DNA from: Gemmatimonadales bacterium
GTDB taxonomy: Bacteria; Gemmatimonadota; Gemmatimonadetes; Gemmatimonadales; GWC2-71-9
Direction of reading: 5' to 3'
Length of the DNA: 64,000 nucleotides
NCBI GenBank assembly: GCA_039794085.1
Contig: JBDIWC010000020.1
Location: forward strand, 1-64,000
Below the pieces are notes generated by a model. The model was not told the DNA's origin. It was given only the letters and a program-made list of their open reading frames with translations, and made no database searches. Positions 38,769 through 47,819 of this stretch are shown here, piece after piece. Numbering within the stretch: position 1 is the stretch's first letter; each line of letters starts with the position of its first letter. The position numbers and the translations under genes are program-made.

Positions 38769-39912
38769 GCCGGTCCCGCAGGCCGGTCCCCAGGGATCGG
38801 GCCGCCTCAAGGTGGTGAAGGATGGCGGGTTGGTGCTGCCGTTCGGCAGACTCCGCAATGCCAAGAGTGCTCCACTGTTCCCACGCCGCCACGGCCTCGT
38901 CGAACCGTGCCGTGCCCACACAGGCGAAACCGAGCAACCGCCAGGCCTGGGGAACCTCGGGCGATCGGCGCGTGGCTTCCCGAAGTGCCTCCCGCGCTTC
39001 CGCATAGCCCTGCTGCACGAGCCAGGCCCGCCCGAGCAGAAGATACCCCTCCACCATGTCCGGGAAGCTGCTGATGACCGTCCCCGCCATGAAACGGGCG
39101 GATTCCGCATCGCCAAGCCGGAGGTGCTCCTCCCCCTGCTGCAGCATGGCCGCGGGATCCTGCCGGGACGCGGCCGAGGACTCCGCCGTGGGATCGCTCA
39201 ACAGAATAACACCGGCCGAGGCCAGACCGAAGAGGGCGCGCGCCACGTCAAAATCCGATTCCCCCAGCATCCCGGCGATGGTCCGGATGTCGTGTCGCCC
39301 GTCCACACGGGCCAGGAGGCGCCACTCCCCGGGGAGAAGGGTCAGGGAACCCGGATCCAATTGCCGGGGGGGAGGCGCGAGACGGGGCACCACTCCCAGA
39401 TGTGGGACCTTGCCCTGGATCCGGGACCACTCATCGATCCGCCGGGCGGCCTCCAGCAGGAGCGACTCGGTCGAGATCCGGATTCCTGCTTCCTGCGGGA
39501 TGTCCTCCGGCGGCACGTCCTCGAACACGAAGTGTCCCTCCGACCAACCGAGGACGGTGAAGACCACCTCCTCGATCTGAGCGCGGGCCTGGCGCTCGAC
39601 ATCGCGCGGGCTGATCGCCCCGATCGACACCAGGATCTCTCCCAGCCGACGGGAGTCCCCGGCCTCCTGCATGGCACGGGCCCGCGTGAGGTCCTCCTGA
39701 TGAATCTTCCCCGCTCGAAGCAACGCCGTTCCGAGCGGATGGGGATTGGACCGGATGGCGGCCGCGACCACGGCGGCGTTGTGGACCCAGATCGTGCCTT
39801 CGTTCTGCCGCAGCTCGGACGTGATGCGGAGCACCCCGGTCTTCCTCCCCAGATCGAGCAACTGGAAGACGTCGTGAATGCCGAGTTCGCGCAGGGGACC
39901 CTGGATGGCCAT
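38758..39912 (-). CDS. DUF4388 domain plus MshEN-like motif plus TPR protein (paralog of 33009-34625)
   Basis: IQGPLRELGIHDVFQLL, WSEGHFVF, LLEAARRIDEW; RLGEILVSIG; TPRs. Confidence 0.85.
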   Translation of the reverse strand: MAIQGPLRELGIHDVFQLLDLGRKTGVLRITSELRQNEGTIWVHNAAVVAAAIRSNPHPLGTALLRAGKIHQEDLTRARAMQEAGDSRRLGEILVSIGAISPRDVERQARAQIEEVVFTVLGWSEGHFVFEDVPPEDIPQEAGIRISTESLLLEAARRIDEWSRIQGKVPHLGVVPRLAPPPRQLDPGSLTLLPGEWRLLARVDGRHDIRTIAGMLGESDFDVARALFGLASAGVILLSDPTAESSAASRQDPAAMLQQGEEHLRLGDAESARFMAGTVISSFPDMVEGYLLLGRAWLVQQGYAEAREALREATRRSPEVPQAWRLLGFACVGTARFDEAVAAWEQWSTLGIAESAERQHQPAILHHLEAARSLGTGLRDRHGR

Positions 39913-39914
39913 GG

Positions 39915-42623
39915 TCAGCCGGCCTCCAGGCCGAAAATCTGGATCAGTTCGCGCGCCGAGCGGACGCTGGCCCGGGCTTCCGCGGCCAACGGGCCCGTGG
40001 GCGCAAGGGCCAGCACGCGGTCCCAGGCCTCCACCGCCGCCCCGAAGTGCCGGAGTCGAGATTCGGCCACGCCCAGGTGGAAAGAGGCCACAACCTGCTC
40101 CGGATCCAGGGCCAGGGCGCGCTGCAGGGCCCGCCGGGCCATGTCCGGCCGCCGGTCCGCGAGCAGGGATCGCCCCAGCGCCACCAAGGCCTCCACCGAC
40201 AGCGGCTCGGCCACCAGAAAGTCCACCAGCAGGTTGACCGCTTCCCCGGGCCGCCCCCCGCGCCGGAGGAGGTGGGCGAGGGAGAGCACCGTGTCCTGAT
40301 GCGTCGGCAGCAAACGGAGAGCACGGTCCCACGCCATCCGGGCCTCACCGGGGTTGCCAGCGGACTCGCAGGACGCCCCCAGCTCGTACCAGGCCTGCAC
40401 CAGACCGCCGTCCAGGTCGAGCGCGGCCCGGAACGCCTCCATCGCCCCGCCGTGATCCTGCTGGCGCCGCGCGATCGTCCCCTTCAGGACGAGCAGGTCG
40501 GCCCGCCCCGGAGCGGCCGTGATCGCCGCCTCGACGTCGTCGGCTGCTCCCGCCAGATCCTCGGTCACCAACCGAACCCGGGCCCGGATGACGCGGGCAT
40601 CCACGTTGCCCGGCAGCGCCTCCACCACCGCGTGCGCCGCCCGCAGTGCCTCCTCGGCCCGCCCCAGAGCCAGGAGAGCTCCCGCCTCTCCCAAGCGCAA
40701 CCGGACGCTGTCCGGGTCGGCGTCCCGGGCGATGCGATACCGCTCCAGAGCCTCGCCATAGAGTCCGCGCCGCGCAAAGACCTCCGCCAGGACACCGGCG
40801 GCCGCCGCCGCGCTCGCCCCGCGCTGGACGGCGCGGTTGATCTCCGCAGTCGCCGCATCCAGCAACCCCTTGGCGAGATAGTCTGCGGCCAACTGGAAGG
40901 GGTCCCCCGCTAAGGGGTCGCCCTCTTCGGGATCCGGAGTCGGCGAGGGGGGCTCCACCAAGCGGTCGAACACGCCGTCCAGAACCCCGGCGTCGAAGGA
41001 GAATCCGGCCACCTGCTCGGCTCCCTCCCGTCCGGACAGGTGGGGCGCCACCTCGAAGGCCGACTCCTCGTGCTGCAGCTGAAGAGTCAGAGAGAGTTTC
41101 TGCGGAACGTACAGAGGGTCGAGCTCCAGGGCCCGGCGCGTCTCCCGTAGCGCCGCATCGAACTCCCCCAGGTGACTGAGCGCAAATCCGAGGTTGTAAC
41201 GCGCCACCGCCAGATCGGGAGCGAGTTCCACCGCCCGACCGAAGGCGTTGCGGGCGTCGGTGAAGCGCTTCAGGTCCATCAACACCAGGCCGATTCCATT
41301 CCACGCTCCGGGATGGTCCGCATGCTCGGCAAGCACCATGCGGTAGATCTCGGCCGCGGCCTGGTAGCGCCGGTGGTGCAGGTGAAGCATCGCCAGATTC
41401 AGCCGGGCCGGGGTCAGATCGGGCCGCGCGCGCAGCGCCGCTCCGAAGGCGCGCTCCGCCTCGCGGGAATCGCTCTCGGCGCCGAGGGCTACGCCCACAT
41501 TGTTCCAGGCCAGCGCATTGGAGGGATCGATGTCGACCGCGCGACGGAACACAGACCGGGCTTCCTCGACACGACCCGCCAGATGGAGGCAGACACCATG
41601 CGCATTGCAGACGGCGCTGTTGCCGGGCTGGACCGCCCGCAGAGACTCGAACAGGTCGAGCGCCGATTTGTAGTCGCGGCGGAGCAGGTGAACCTCGGCC
41701 ATTCCCTGGAGGGTGGCACTGTGGTCCTCCCCCGTTTCGAGCGCGAGCCGGTACTCCCGCAGCGCCTCCGCAAGATACCCCCGCTGCCGGAATGCGAGAG
41801 CGAGCCGTCCGTGCGCCTCGGCGCCCGGAGCGCTCGCGGGAACAGCCGGCGAGGCGGAGCCTCCCCGCTCGGAAGCGCGTGGCGGCTGGGCCTGTGAGGA
41901 TTCCAGCCGCAGGTTGCTGTGTGCCGTGGCGAGCCCCGGGTTGAGCTCGATGGCCTTCCGCGTCGAGGCGCGAGCCGCCTCCTGACGGCCCAGATCCCCG
42001 TAGACGAACCCCAGGAGGTAGTGAGCCTCCGCGTTGGTGGGCGCGAGCCGAGTGGCTTCGGTCAGCGCCTCCAGGGCCAGCTCGCTCAGGCCGAGCTGAT
42101 ACCGTGCCTCACCCAGGTACACCCGCGCCACCGAGCTCGCCGCATCCGCGTCGCAAGAGCGCTCGAACCACACGACGGCCTCCTCGGGCCGTTGACGGGC
42201 CTGGGCCACAAGCCCGAGTTGCACCAGGGCCGTCGCGTCCCGGGGCCGGAGACGTCGCAGTTCCTCGAACTGCTCCGCGGCCTCGTCCAGGTGTCCCAGG
42301 CCCAGCAGGGCCCGCCCCAGTTCCAGCCGAAGCTCCGCGTCCATGGGCTGGTGGCGCAGCCGCTCCCGAAGCGCCGGAATCACCCGATCGTATTCACCTG
42401 ACTCCCTCAGCACCTGGTCCAGGTTGCGCCGCGCCGTCTCCATCCGGGGATCGAGTTCGAGCGCATGACGGAACGCCGCGATCGCCTCGGGAATCAGCTG
42501 GCGGTGATGATAGAGGTATCCGAGGTTATTGTGGGCGCCGGGATCAGCGGGGTCGATGCGCCGCGCCAGCGCCCGGAGCGCCTCGACCTCCCGCGCACCG
42601 GTCCCGGATCCGATCATGATCAA
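39915..42623 (-). CDS. Large multi-TPR scaffold protein
   Basis: Many TPR units (AHNNLG, AWNNVG, ARYNLG); no signal peptide; start uncertain by a few codons. Confidence 0.88.
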   Translation of the reverse strand: MIMIGSGTGAREVEALRALARRIDPADPGAHNNLGYLYHHRQLIPEAIAAFRHALELDPRMETARRNLDQVLRESGEYDRVIPALRERLRHQPMDAELRLELGRALLGLGHLDEAAEQFEELRRLRPRDATALVQLGLVAQARQRPEEAVVWFERSCDADAASSVARVYLGEARYQLGLSELALEALTEATRLAPTNAEAHYLLGFVYGDLGRQEAARASTRKAIELNPGLATAHSNLRLESSQAQPPRASERGGSASPAVPASAPGAEAHGRLALAFRQRGYLAEALREYRLALETGEDHSATLQGMAEVHLLRRDYKSALDLFESLRAVQPGNSAVCNAHGVCLHLAGRVEEARSVFRRAVDIDPSNALAWNNVGVALGAESDSREAERAFGAALRARPDLTPARLNLAMLHLHHRRYQAAAEIYRMVLAEHADHPGAWNGIGLVLMDLKRFTDARNAFGRAVELAPDLAVARYNLGFALSHLGEFDAALRETRRALELDPLYVPQKLSLTLQLQHEESAFEVAPHLSGREGAEQVAGFSFDAGVLDGVFDRLVEPPSPTPDPEEGDPLAGDPFQLAADYLAKGLLDAATAEINRAVQRGASAAAAAGVLAEVFARRGLYGEALERYRIARDADPDSVRLRLGEAGALLALGRAEEALRAAHAVVEALPGNVDARVIRARVRLVTEDLAGAADDVEAAITAAPGRADLLVLKGTIARRQQDHGGAMEAFRAALDLDGGLVQAWYELGASCESAGNPGEARMAWDRALRLLPTHQDTVLSLAHLLRRGGRPGEAVNLLVDFLVAEPLSVEALVALGRSLLADRRPDMARRALQRALALDPEQVVASFHLGVAESRLRHFGAAVEAWDRVLALAPTGPLAAEARASVRSARELIQIFGLEAG

Positions 42624-43240
42624 TCGCGGGCGATCGACTCGAGGATCGCGCGCAGGGAGGGAAAGTCGGGCAGCAGGAGAAACTCGCCCCGGAGGCTCTC
42701 CTGGCTCCCCTCCACCCGAAAGGCGGTGTCCACGCAGAAGACGATGTCCCTCTCCTGTCCGAAGCTCACATAGGTCGTGGTCAGGACCGCCCCCGCGAAG
42801 TCGAGCACGAAACTCGGAACCGAGGGCACCAACATCATGCTCATGAAATCGCTGAGCGCGTTGAGATAGGCCGAACTCAGGATGTTCCCCGTCTCCTTGA
42901 GGGAGGAGATTTCCATCTCCCCGAAGGTGGTGGTCGACCCGGTGTCCCGCCGGAGGAGGATGTCGCAGAGCACCCGCGCCGACGGCTCCGGGATGACCAC
43001 CATGGTCCGGCCCGTCAGGTCGCCCATCATGTGCATGAGGATCCCCGCAACGACCGTGTCCGGGGGCCCGACCAGGTGCGCCACCTCCTCGAGGCGCCGG
43101 ATGTTCACCTCCGGCACATCGATCATGATGGTGCGCCCCGTCATCTGCGACAGCGCGGTGGCGGCGTGACCCGCTCCGATGTTGGCCACCTCCCGGAGGG
43201 CGTCCCGCTCGATTTCACCAAGCTTCTGCAAGGCGTCCAT
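42620..43240 (-). CDS. cheC: CheY-P phosphatase CheC
   Basis: DALREVANIGAGHAATALS and SSLKETGNIL (two E-xx-N motifs). Confidence 0.95.
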   Translation of the reverse strand: MDALQKLGEIERDALREVANIGAGHAATALSQMTGRTIMIDVPEVNIRRLEEVAHLVGPPDTVVAGILMHMMGDLTGRTMVVIPEPSARVLCDILLRRDTGSTTTFGEMEISSLKETGNILSSAYLNALSDFMSMMLVPSVPSFVLDFAGAVLTTTYVSFGQERDIVFCVDTAFRVEGSQESLRGEFLLLPDFPSLRAILESIARD

Positions 43241-43251
43241 GCAACCTCCCC

Positions 43252-45120
43252 TCAGACCAGGACCATGGGATCGAGCACCAGGATGGGTACGCCGTCCCCC
43301 AGAATGGCGGCGCCGTTGATCCATCGCGGCATGCCGCGCGGGGCGTCAACCGGTTCGACCACGATATGTTGCCGACCTACTAATGTATCCACCACGACGC
43401 CGATTCGCCGATGTCCCTGGTCCACCACCACGACCGGAGTTCTCCGTCCAGCCCGGCCCGGCCCCGGGGCTCCGGTCACCCCCCGCAGGACCACGGCCGG
43501 AAGGGTTGCCCCGCGGTAGGAAATGGTCCCCCCGGATGCCCGGGCAGGAATCTCCTCCACGTGCCCCGTCTCGACAATATGGGCGAGGGGCACGGCATAC
43601 CGCTCCGGGCCCACCTGCACGATGAGCGCCTGCACGATGGCCAGCGTCAGCGGGAGACGGAGCTCGAACGTCGTCCCGGCCCCGGGCCTCGTATGGAGGG
43701 ACACCCGGCCACCGAGTTGCCGGAAACGGGTCAGGACCACGTCGATCCCGACTCCGCGACCGGACACCCCGGTCACCTCCCGACTCGTGCTGAATCCGGG
43801 CCGCCCGAGCAGCGCCAGAAGATCCTCATCCGAATCGAGGGTGGAGGTGGGCCCCAGGAATCTCTCCCGGCGGGCCTTGTCCACCACGGCCTCCCGGTCG
43901 ATGCCCCGTCCGTCGTCCCGAACCAGAATGAGCACCGAATTGTGTTCCCGGGTCGCGCGCAGCAGGATCCTTCCCTCGGGCGTCTTCCCCGAGCGCACCC
44001 GCTCCTCGGGAGTCTCGAGCCCATGATCCACCGCGTTCCGAAGCAGGTGGAGAAGCGGATCGCCGATGTCATCGAGGAGGGACCGGTCAAGCTCGATGTC
44101 TCCCCCCTCGATCACGAAGGCCACCCGCTTCTCCAACTGACGCGCGAGATCCCGGATCGGTCGGGGGAACCGGTCGAACACCTCCGCCACCGGGGCCAGC
44201 CGGGCCTCGGTCACACTGGTCTGGGCCTGGGACACCAGGCGACTGATGCGACCCGACAGGGTCTCCAGGGGGGATCCCGGAGCGGTCACCGCAATTTCGG
44301 CGAGTTGGTTGGTGGCCACGACCAATTCACTGACCTGGTTGAGGAGGTCGTCCAGACGCTGGAGAGTCACTCGAACCTGGCGGCCCGCCATTCGCGTGGC
44401 CGGTGTGGGACGATCCCCCACGATGACCGAGAGCACGTCACCCGCCTCCCGGATCGCCTCGCGAATCCGCTCGTCCGAGGCGGCGGTGGCCAGCCGGAAG
44501 GAGAGGTCGCCTCCGAAGGCCGGGCTCTGGATCGCCTCTCGGGGCGGGAACACCGCCGACACCTTCCCGAGAAGCTCCGCCTTGAGGAGCACCAGGGCCG
44601 CCCGGGCACCGAGCATCTCCCCATCATGCCGAAGGGTGACGCGGATCGGGCGCCCCGCGGGGGCTCCGAGCCCGACCGGAATGGCGAACTCCCCGGTGCG
44701 GTGGACGTCCACCTCCCCGCCTTCTCCCTCGCCGGCCGTCTCCGGACTCGCGGCCCGCCGAAGCCCGGCAAGCACCTCGTCCACCGGCAACTCCGCGTCC
44801 CGGCCCTCGGCGGCGGGATCGATGCCCGCCTCCAGGAGATCCACTGCCTGGAAGCAGAGATCGATGATCCCCGGATCGGCGGATCTCTCGTGGTCGCGGA
44901 TGGTGGCGAGGAGGCTCTCCAGGGCGTGGCTCAGGTCGGCAAGCCGGGTGTAGCCCATGGTGGCGGCCATCCCCTTGATGGTGTGGATGGACCGGAACAG
45001 ACCATCGAGGGGAGCGGAGGCCGTGGGGGCCCGCTCCCACTCCAGGAGCAGCGCGTTGCACTGGGCCAAGTGCTCGCGGCTGTCCGCCCGAAAGAGAGCG
45101 ACGTACTTGTCGAGATCCAC
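43252..45120 (-). CDS. cheA: Chemotaxis histidine kinase CheA (Hpt-P2-dimerisation-HATPase-CheW)
   Basis: HTIKGM, HLLRNAVDHG, DDGRG, GFST, GRGVG, LPLTL. Confidence 0.97.
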   Translation of the reverse strand: MDLDKYVALFRADSREHLAQCNALLLEWERAPTASAPLDGLFRSIHTIKGMAATMGYTRLADLSHALESLLATIRDHERSADPGIIDLCFQAVDLLEAGIDPAAEGRDAELPVDEVLAGLRRAASPETAGEGEGGEVDVHRTGEFAIPVGLGAPAGRPIRVTLRHDGEMLGARAALVLLKAELLGKVSAVFPPREAIQSPAFGGDLSFRLATAASDERIREAIREAGDVLSVIVGDRPTPATRMAGRQVRVTLQRLDDLLNQVSELVVATNQLAEIAVTAPGSPLETLSGRISRLVSQAQTSVTEARLAPVAEVFDRFPRPIRDLARQLEKRVAFVIEGGDIELDRSLLDDIGDPLLHLLRNAVDHGLETPEERVRSGKTPEGRILLRATREHNSVLILVRDDGRGIDREAVVDKARRERFLGPTSTLDSDEDLLALLGRPGFSTSREVTGVSGRGVGIDVVLTRFRQLGGRVSLHTRPGAGTTFELRLPLTLAIVQALIVQVGPERYAVPLAHIVETGHVEEIPARASGGTISYRGATLPAVVLRGVTGAPGPGRAGRRTPVVVVDQGHRRIGVVVDTLVGRQHIVVEPVDAPRGMPRWINGAAILGDGVPILVLDPMVLV

Positions 45121-45130
45121 CCGGCGCCGG

Positions 45131-45493
45131 TCAGCTGAGGAGGCGCTGAACGGCCTCGAGCACGCGCGAGGGCTGGAACGGCTTGACCACGAAGTCCTTG
45201 GCCCCCGCCTGGATCGCCTCCACCACCAGGGCCTGTTGCCCCATCGCGCTGCACATGAGAATCTTGGCGTCGGGATCGATCTTGACGATTTCCCGCACCG
45301 CGTCGATGCCCCCCATGTCGGGCATGACGATGTCCATGGTTACCATGTTGGGGCGGAGTTCCCGGTAGCGTTCCACAGCCTGGGCCCCGCTCTCGGCCTC
45401 CCCGACCACTTCGTACCCGGCCTGGGTGAGAATGTCGGTGATCATGGTGCGCATGAAGATCGCGTCGTCACATACCAAAACGGTCTGACCCAC
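45131..45493 (-). CDS. cheY: Chemotaxis response regulator CheY (Bacillus/Thermotoga type)
   Basis: DDAIFMR, TMDIVMP, CSAMGQ, KPF; GGAGG RBS before GTG. Confidence 0.95.
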   Translation of the reverse strand: MGQTVLVCDDAIFMRTMITDILTQAGYEVVGEAESGAQAVERYRELRPNMVTMDIVMPDMGGIDAVREIVKIDPDAKILMCSAMGQQALVVEAIQAGAKDFVVKPFQPSRVLEAVQRLLS

Positions 45494-45543
45494 GTGCTGC
45501 CTCCGTGCGAGGGGATCGTGAGGTGCCCCGGGGGCACCCGATG

Positions 45544-45924
45544 TCACAAGGCCCGGCCGACACCGTCCGGGGCGAAAAGCGGACCCACCTGGGCCGCGAG
45601 ATCCGGTACCTCCACGCCCGCCACGTCCGCCTGATCCGCATCCCGAAGATCAAGCACTTCGCTCACCGCCACCCCGACCGCACGCCCTTCCAGCTCGAGG
45701 ACCAGAATCGCCGCCGGATCTTCGGCCCGAGCCTCGCCGAAGAGCGTCCGGCCGTCAATCACCGTGATGATCGTCCCCCGGACGTTGACCAGCCCGAGAA
45801 TCTCCGCAGGGGTCCCCGGAATGCGCGTGGCGACACGGGCCTCCAATATCTCCCGCACGCCGGACACCGGGGTACCGAACCGGCGGGATCCCACCCGCCA
45901 TTCCAGGAGGCGCGACCCGGTCAC
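45544..45924 (-). CDS. cheW: Chemotaxis coupling protein CheW
   Basis: VREI, TRIPG, GLVNVRGTIITVID. Confidence 0.88.
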   Translation of the reverse strand: MTGSRLLEWRVGSRRFGTPVSGVREILEARVATRIPGTPAEILGLVNVRGTIITVIDGRTLFGEARAEDPAAILVLELEGRAVGVAVSEVLDLRDADQADVAGVEVPDLAAQVGPLFAPDGVGRAL

Positions 45925-46946
45925 GCCGGAACCTCACCAAAGAATCGAAGGTAGTGGAGCGCCGCGTGGTCGGCAATCCGGACCCGGTTCCCCGCGGCCA
46001 CCCGCAAGGCGGGAAGGAGGTCCGCGGGCCATTCGCTTCGAAGCACCAGCGGCTCGCCGTGGATCGGGTGCCGGAACCGGAGTTCCGCCGCGTGGAGCGC
46101 CTGGCGAGGAGCACTCCGTTCCAGCCTTTCGGCCTCGATTCGGTCCGAGCCGCTCACCCTCCGACTCCCGCCTCCATGATACACCGGATCTCCCACCACA
46201 GGGTGACCGATGTGGGCGAGGTGGACCCGGATCTGGTGTGTCCGCCCCGTCACCAGCACCACCTGGAGCAGGTCCGCCACCCCGAACCGTGCCACGGTCC
46301 GGGCCTCGGTTCGGGCCGGCCGACCCTCGGAATGGACCGCCATGCGCTTGCGGTCGGTGACACTCCGCGCCAGGGGTGCCTCGATGAGGACGGGCTCCCG
46401 GTCCAGATGCCCCCAGGCCAGTGCCGCATAGGTCCGGTGAACCCGGCGCGCCGCGATGGCATGCGCCAGCCGCCGGTGTGCCAGGTCGGTCTTGGCCACG
46501 ACCAGGAGTCCCGAGGTGTCGCGATCGAGCCGGTGGACGATGCCGGGCCTCCCGGCAGGTCCCCCGGAGAGGGTCGTGCCCCGGGCGACCAGGGCGTTGA
46601 CCAGGGTGTCCTCCCAGTGGCCCGGTGCCGGATGGACGACCAGCCCGGCGGGCTTGTCCACCACCGCCAGGTGCTCGTCCTCGTACACGAAGGTGAGAGC
46701 CATGTCACAGGGAGCGAGGGGGCGCATCCCCTCACGGACCGGGGGGCCGGTCGTGACGTGCACCCGATCGCCTCGCTGCAACACGAGCGAGGCCCGGGCG
46801 GGAGAATCGTTGACCCGGGCGGCCCCGGCGGCCACCAGACGGGCGGCCACGGTCCGGGACAGGGCCAGCTGATCGGCAAGAAACCGGTCGAGTCGCTCGG
46901 TCCGGTCGGCGAGCACGGTGAAGGCGAATCCGGGATCGTCGGTCAG
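45921..46946 (-). CDS. rluD: RluA/RluD family 23S rRNA pseudouridine synthase
   Basis: S4-like RLDRFL, KPAGLVVHP, HRLDRDTSG, GRTHQIRVH; start uncertain (CTG 46946 or GTG 46916). Confidence 0.92.
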   Translation of the reverse strand: MTDDPGFAFTVLADRTERLDRFLADQLALSRTVAARLVAAGAARVNDSPARASLVLQRGDRVHVTTGPPVREGMRPLAPCDMALTFVYEDEHLAVVDKPAGLVVHPAPGHWEDTLVNALVARGTTLSGGPAGRPGIVHRLDRDTSGLLVVAKTDLAHRRLAHAIAARRVHRTYAALAWGHLDREPVLIEAPLARSVTDRKRMAVHSEGRPARTEARTVARFGVADLLQVVLVTGRTHQIRVHLAHIGHPVVGDPVYHGGGSRRVSGSDRIEAERLERSAPRQALHAAELRFRHPIHGEPLVLRSEWPADLLPALRVAAGNRVRIADHAALHYLRFFGEVPA

Positions 46947-47452
46947 CGGGAGGAACCGGGTTCGGCCGAGCGGTATCGGGCATCCTCGGCCCAGAGCGAC
47001 ACGGCCAGGGCGATGGCGCCAAGACTCACTCCGATGTCGGCCACGTTGAACGTGGGCCACCGCAGGGTTCCCACCCCCACGTCGATGAAATCCACCACCC
47101 CCGAGGTGCTCCGGATCCGGTCCACCAGGTTTCCCGCCGCTCCCCCCGCCACCAGGCCCAGCGCCACCTGGCGAAGACGATCGCCGGGAGCGCTGCTCCA
47201 CGCCATCCGGGTGAGGATGACCAGCGCCACAAGGGCAATCCCGAGGAAGATCCACCGGGACCAGGGGCCCAGATGGAGGCCGAACGCGGCCCCGGGATTG
47301 TATACCAGGCGGAACTGGAGGGTGTCCCCCAGCAACGGCAGCACCCGGCCCCGGGGGAATGAGGCCTCGACGGCGAGCTTGGTCACCAGGTCCAGCACCA
47401 GCACCAGCGCGGCCACACCGGCGTAGCGGAGGTTTCTACCGGCGCTTGGCAT
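46943..47452 (-). CDS. lspA: Lipoprotein signal peptidase II
   Basis: NPGAAFG, GNLVDR, VVDFI, FNVAD. Confidence 0.96.
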   Translation of the reverse strand: MPSAGRNLRYAGVAALVLVLDLVTKLAVEASFPRGRVLPLLGDTLQFRLVYNPGAAFGLHLGPWSRWIFLGIALVALVILTRMAWSSAPGDRLRQVALGLVAGGAAGNLVDRIRSTSGVVDFIDVGVGTLRWPTFNVADIGVSLGAIALAVSLWAEDARYRSAEPGSSR

Positions 47453-47819
47453 CTTCCTCCTGCTCCTTGCAGGTGATGCAGAGTCGCGCGTGGGGCAGGG
47501 CGTCCAACCGGTCGAAGCTGATCGCCTCGCCGCACTGCTGGCACTTCCCAAAACTCTCGGGATCATTGTAGAAGCGACGGAGAGCCTGGTTCACGTGCCA
47601 CAGATAGCGTCCCTCCTGCGACGCGAAGAGGAACTGCTTCTCCCGCTCCATGGTATCGGTGCCCTGGTCGGCCATGTGAAACGAGTAGCTCGACAGGTCG
47701 CCATCCGAGCCTTGCAGCGTATTGCTGAAGGATTCCCCATAGTAGCCGAGTTCCTTCATCACGCGGGCGCGTTCGTCGAGCAGTCGCTGGCCGAGGTGCG
47801 CAAGTTGTTTCTTGTTCAT
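47436..47819 (-). CDS. TraR/DksA C4-type zinc finger protein
   Basis: Coiled coil with HMADQGTD tip; CQQC…RLDALP…CITC. Confidence 0.9.
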   Translation of the reverse strand: MNKKQLAHLGQRLLDERARVMKELGYYGESFSNTLQGSDGDLSSYSFHMADQGTDTMEREKQFLFASQEGRYLWHVNQALRRFYNDPESFGKCQQCGEAISFDRLDALPHARLCITCKEQEEDAKRR

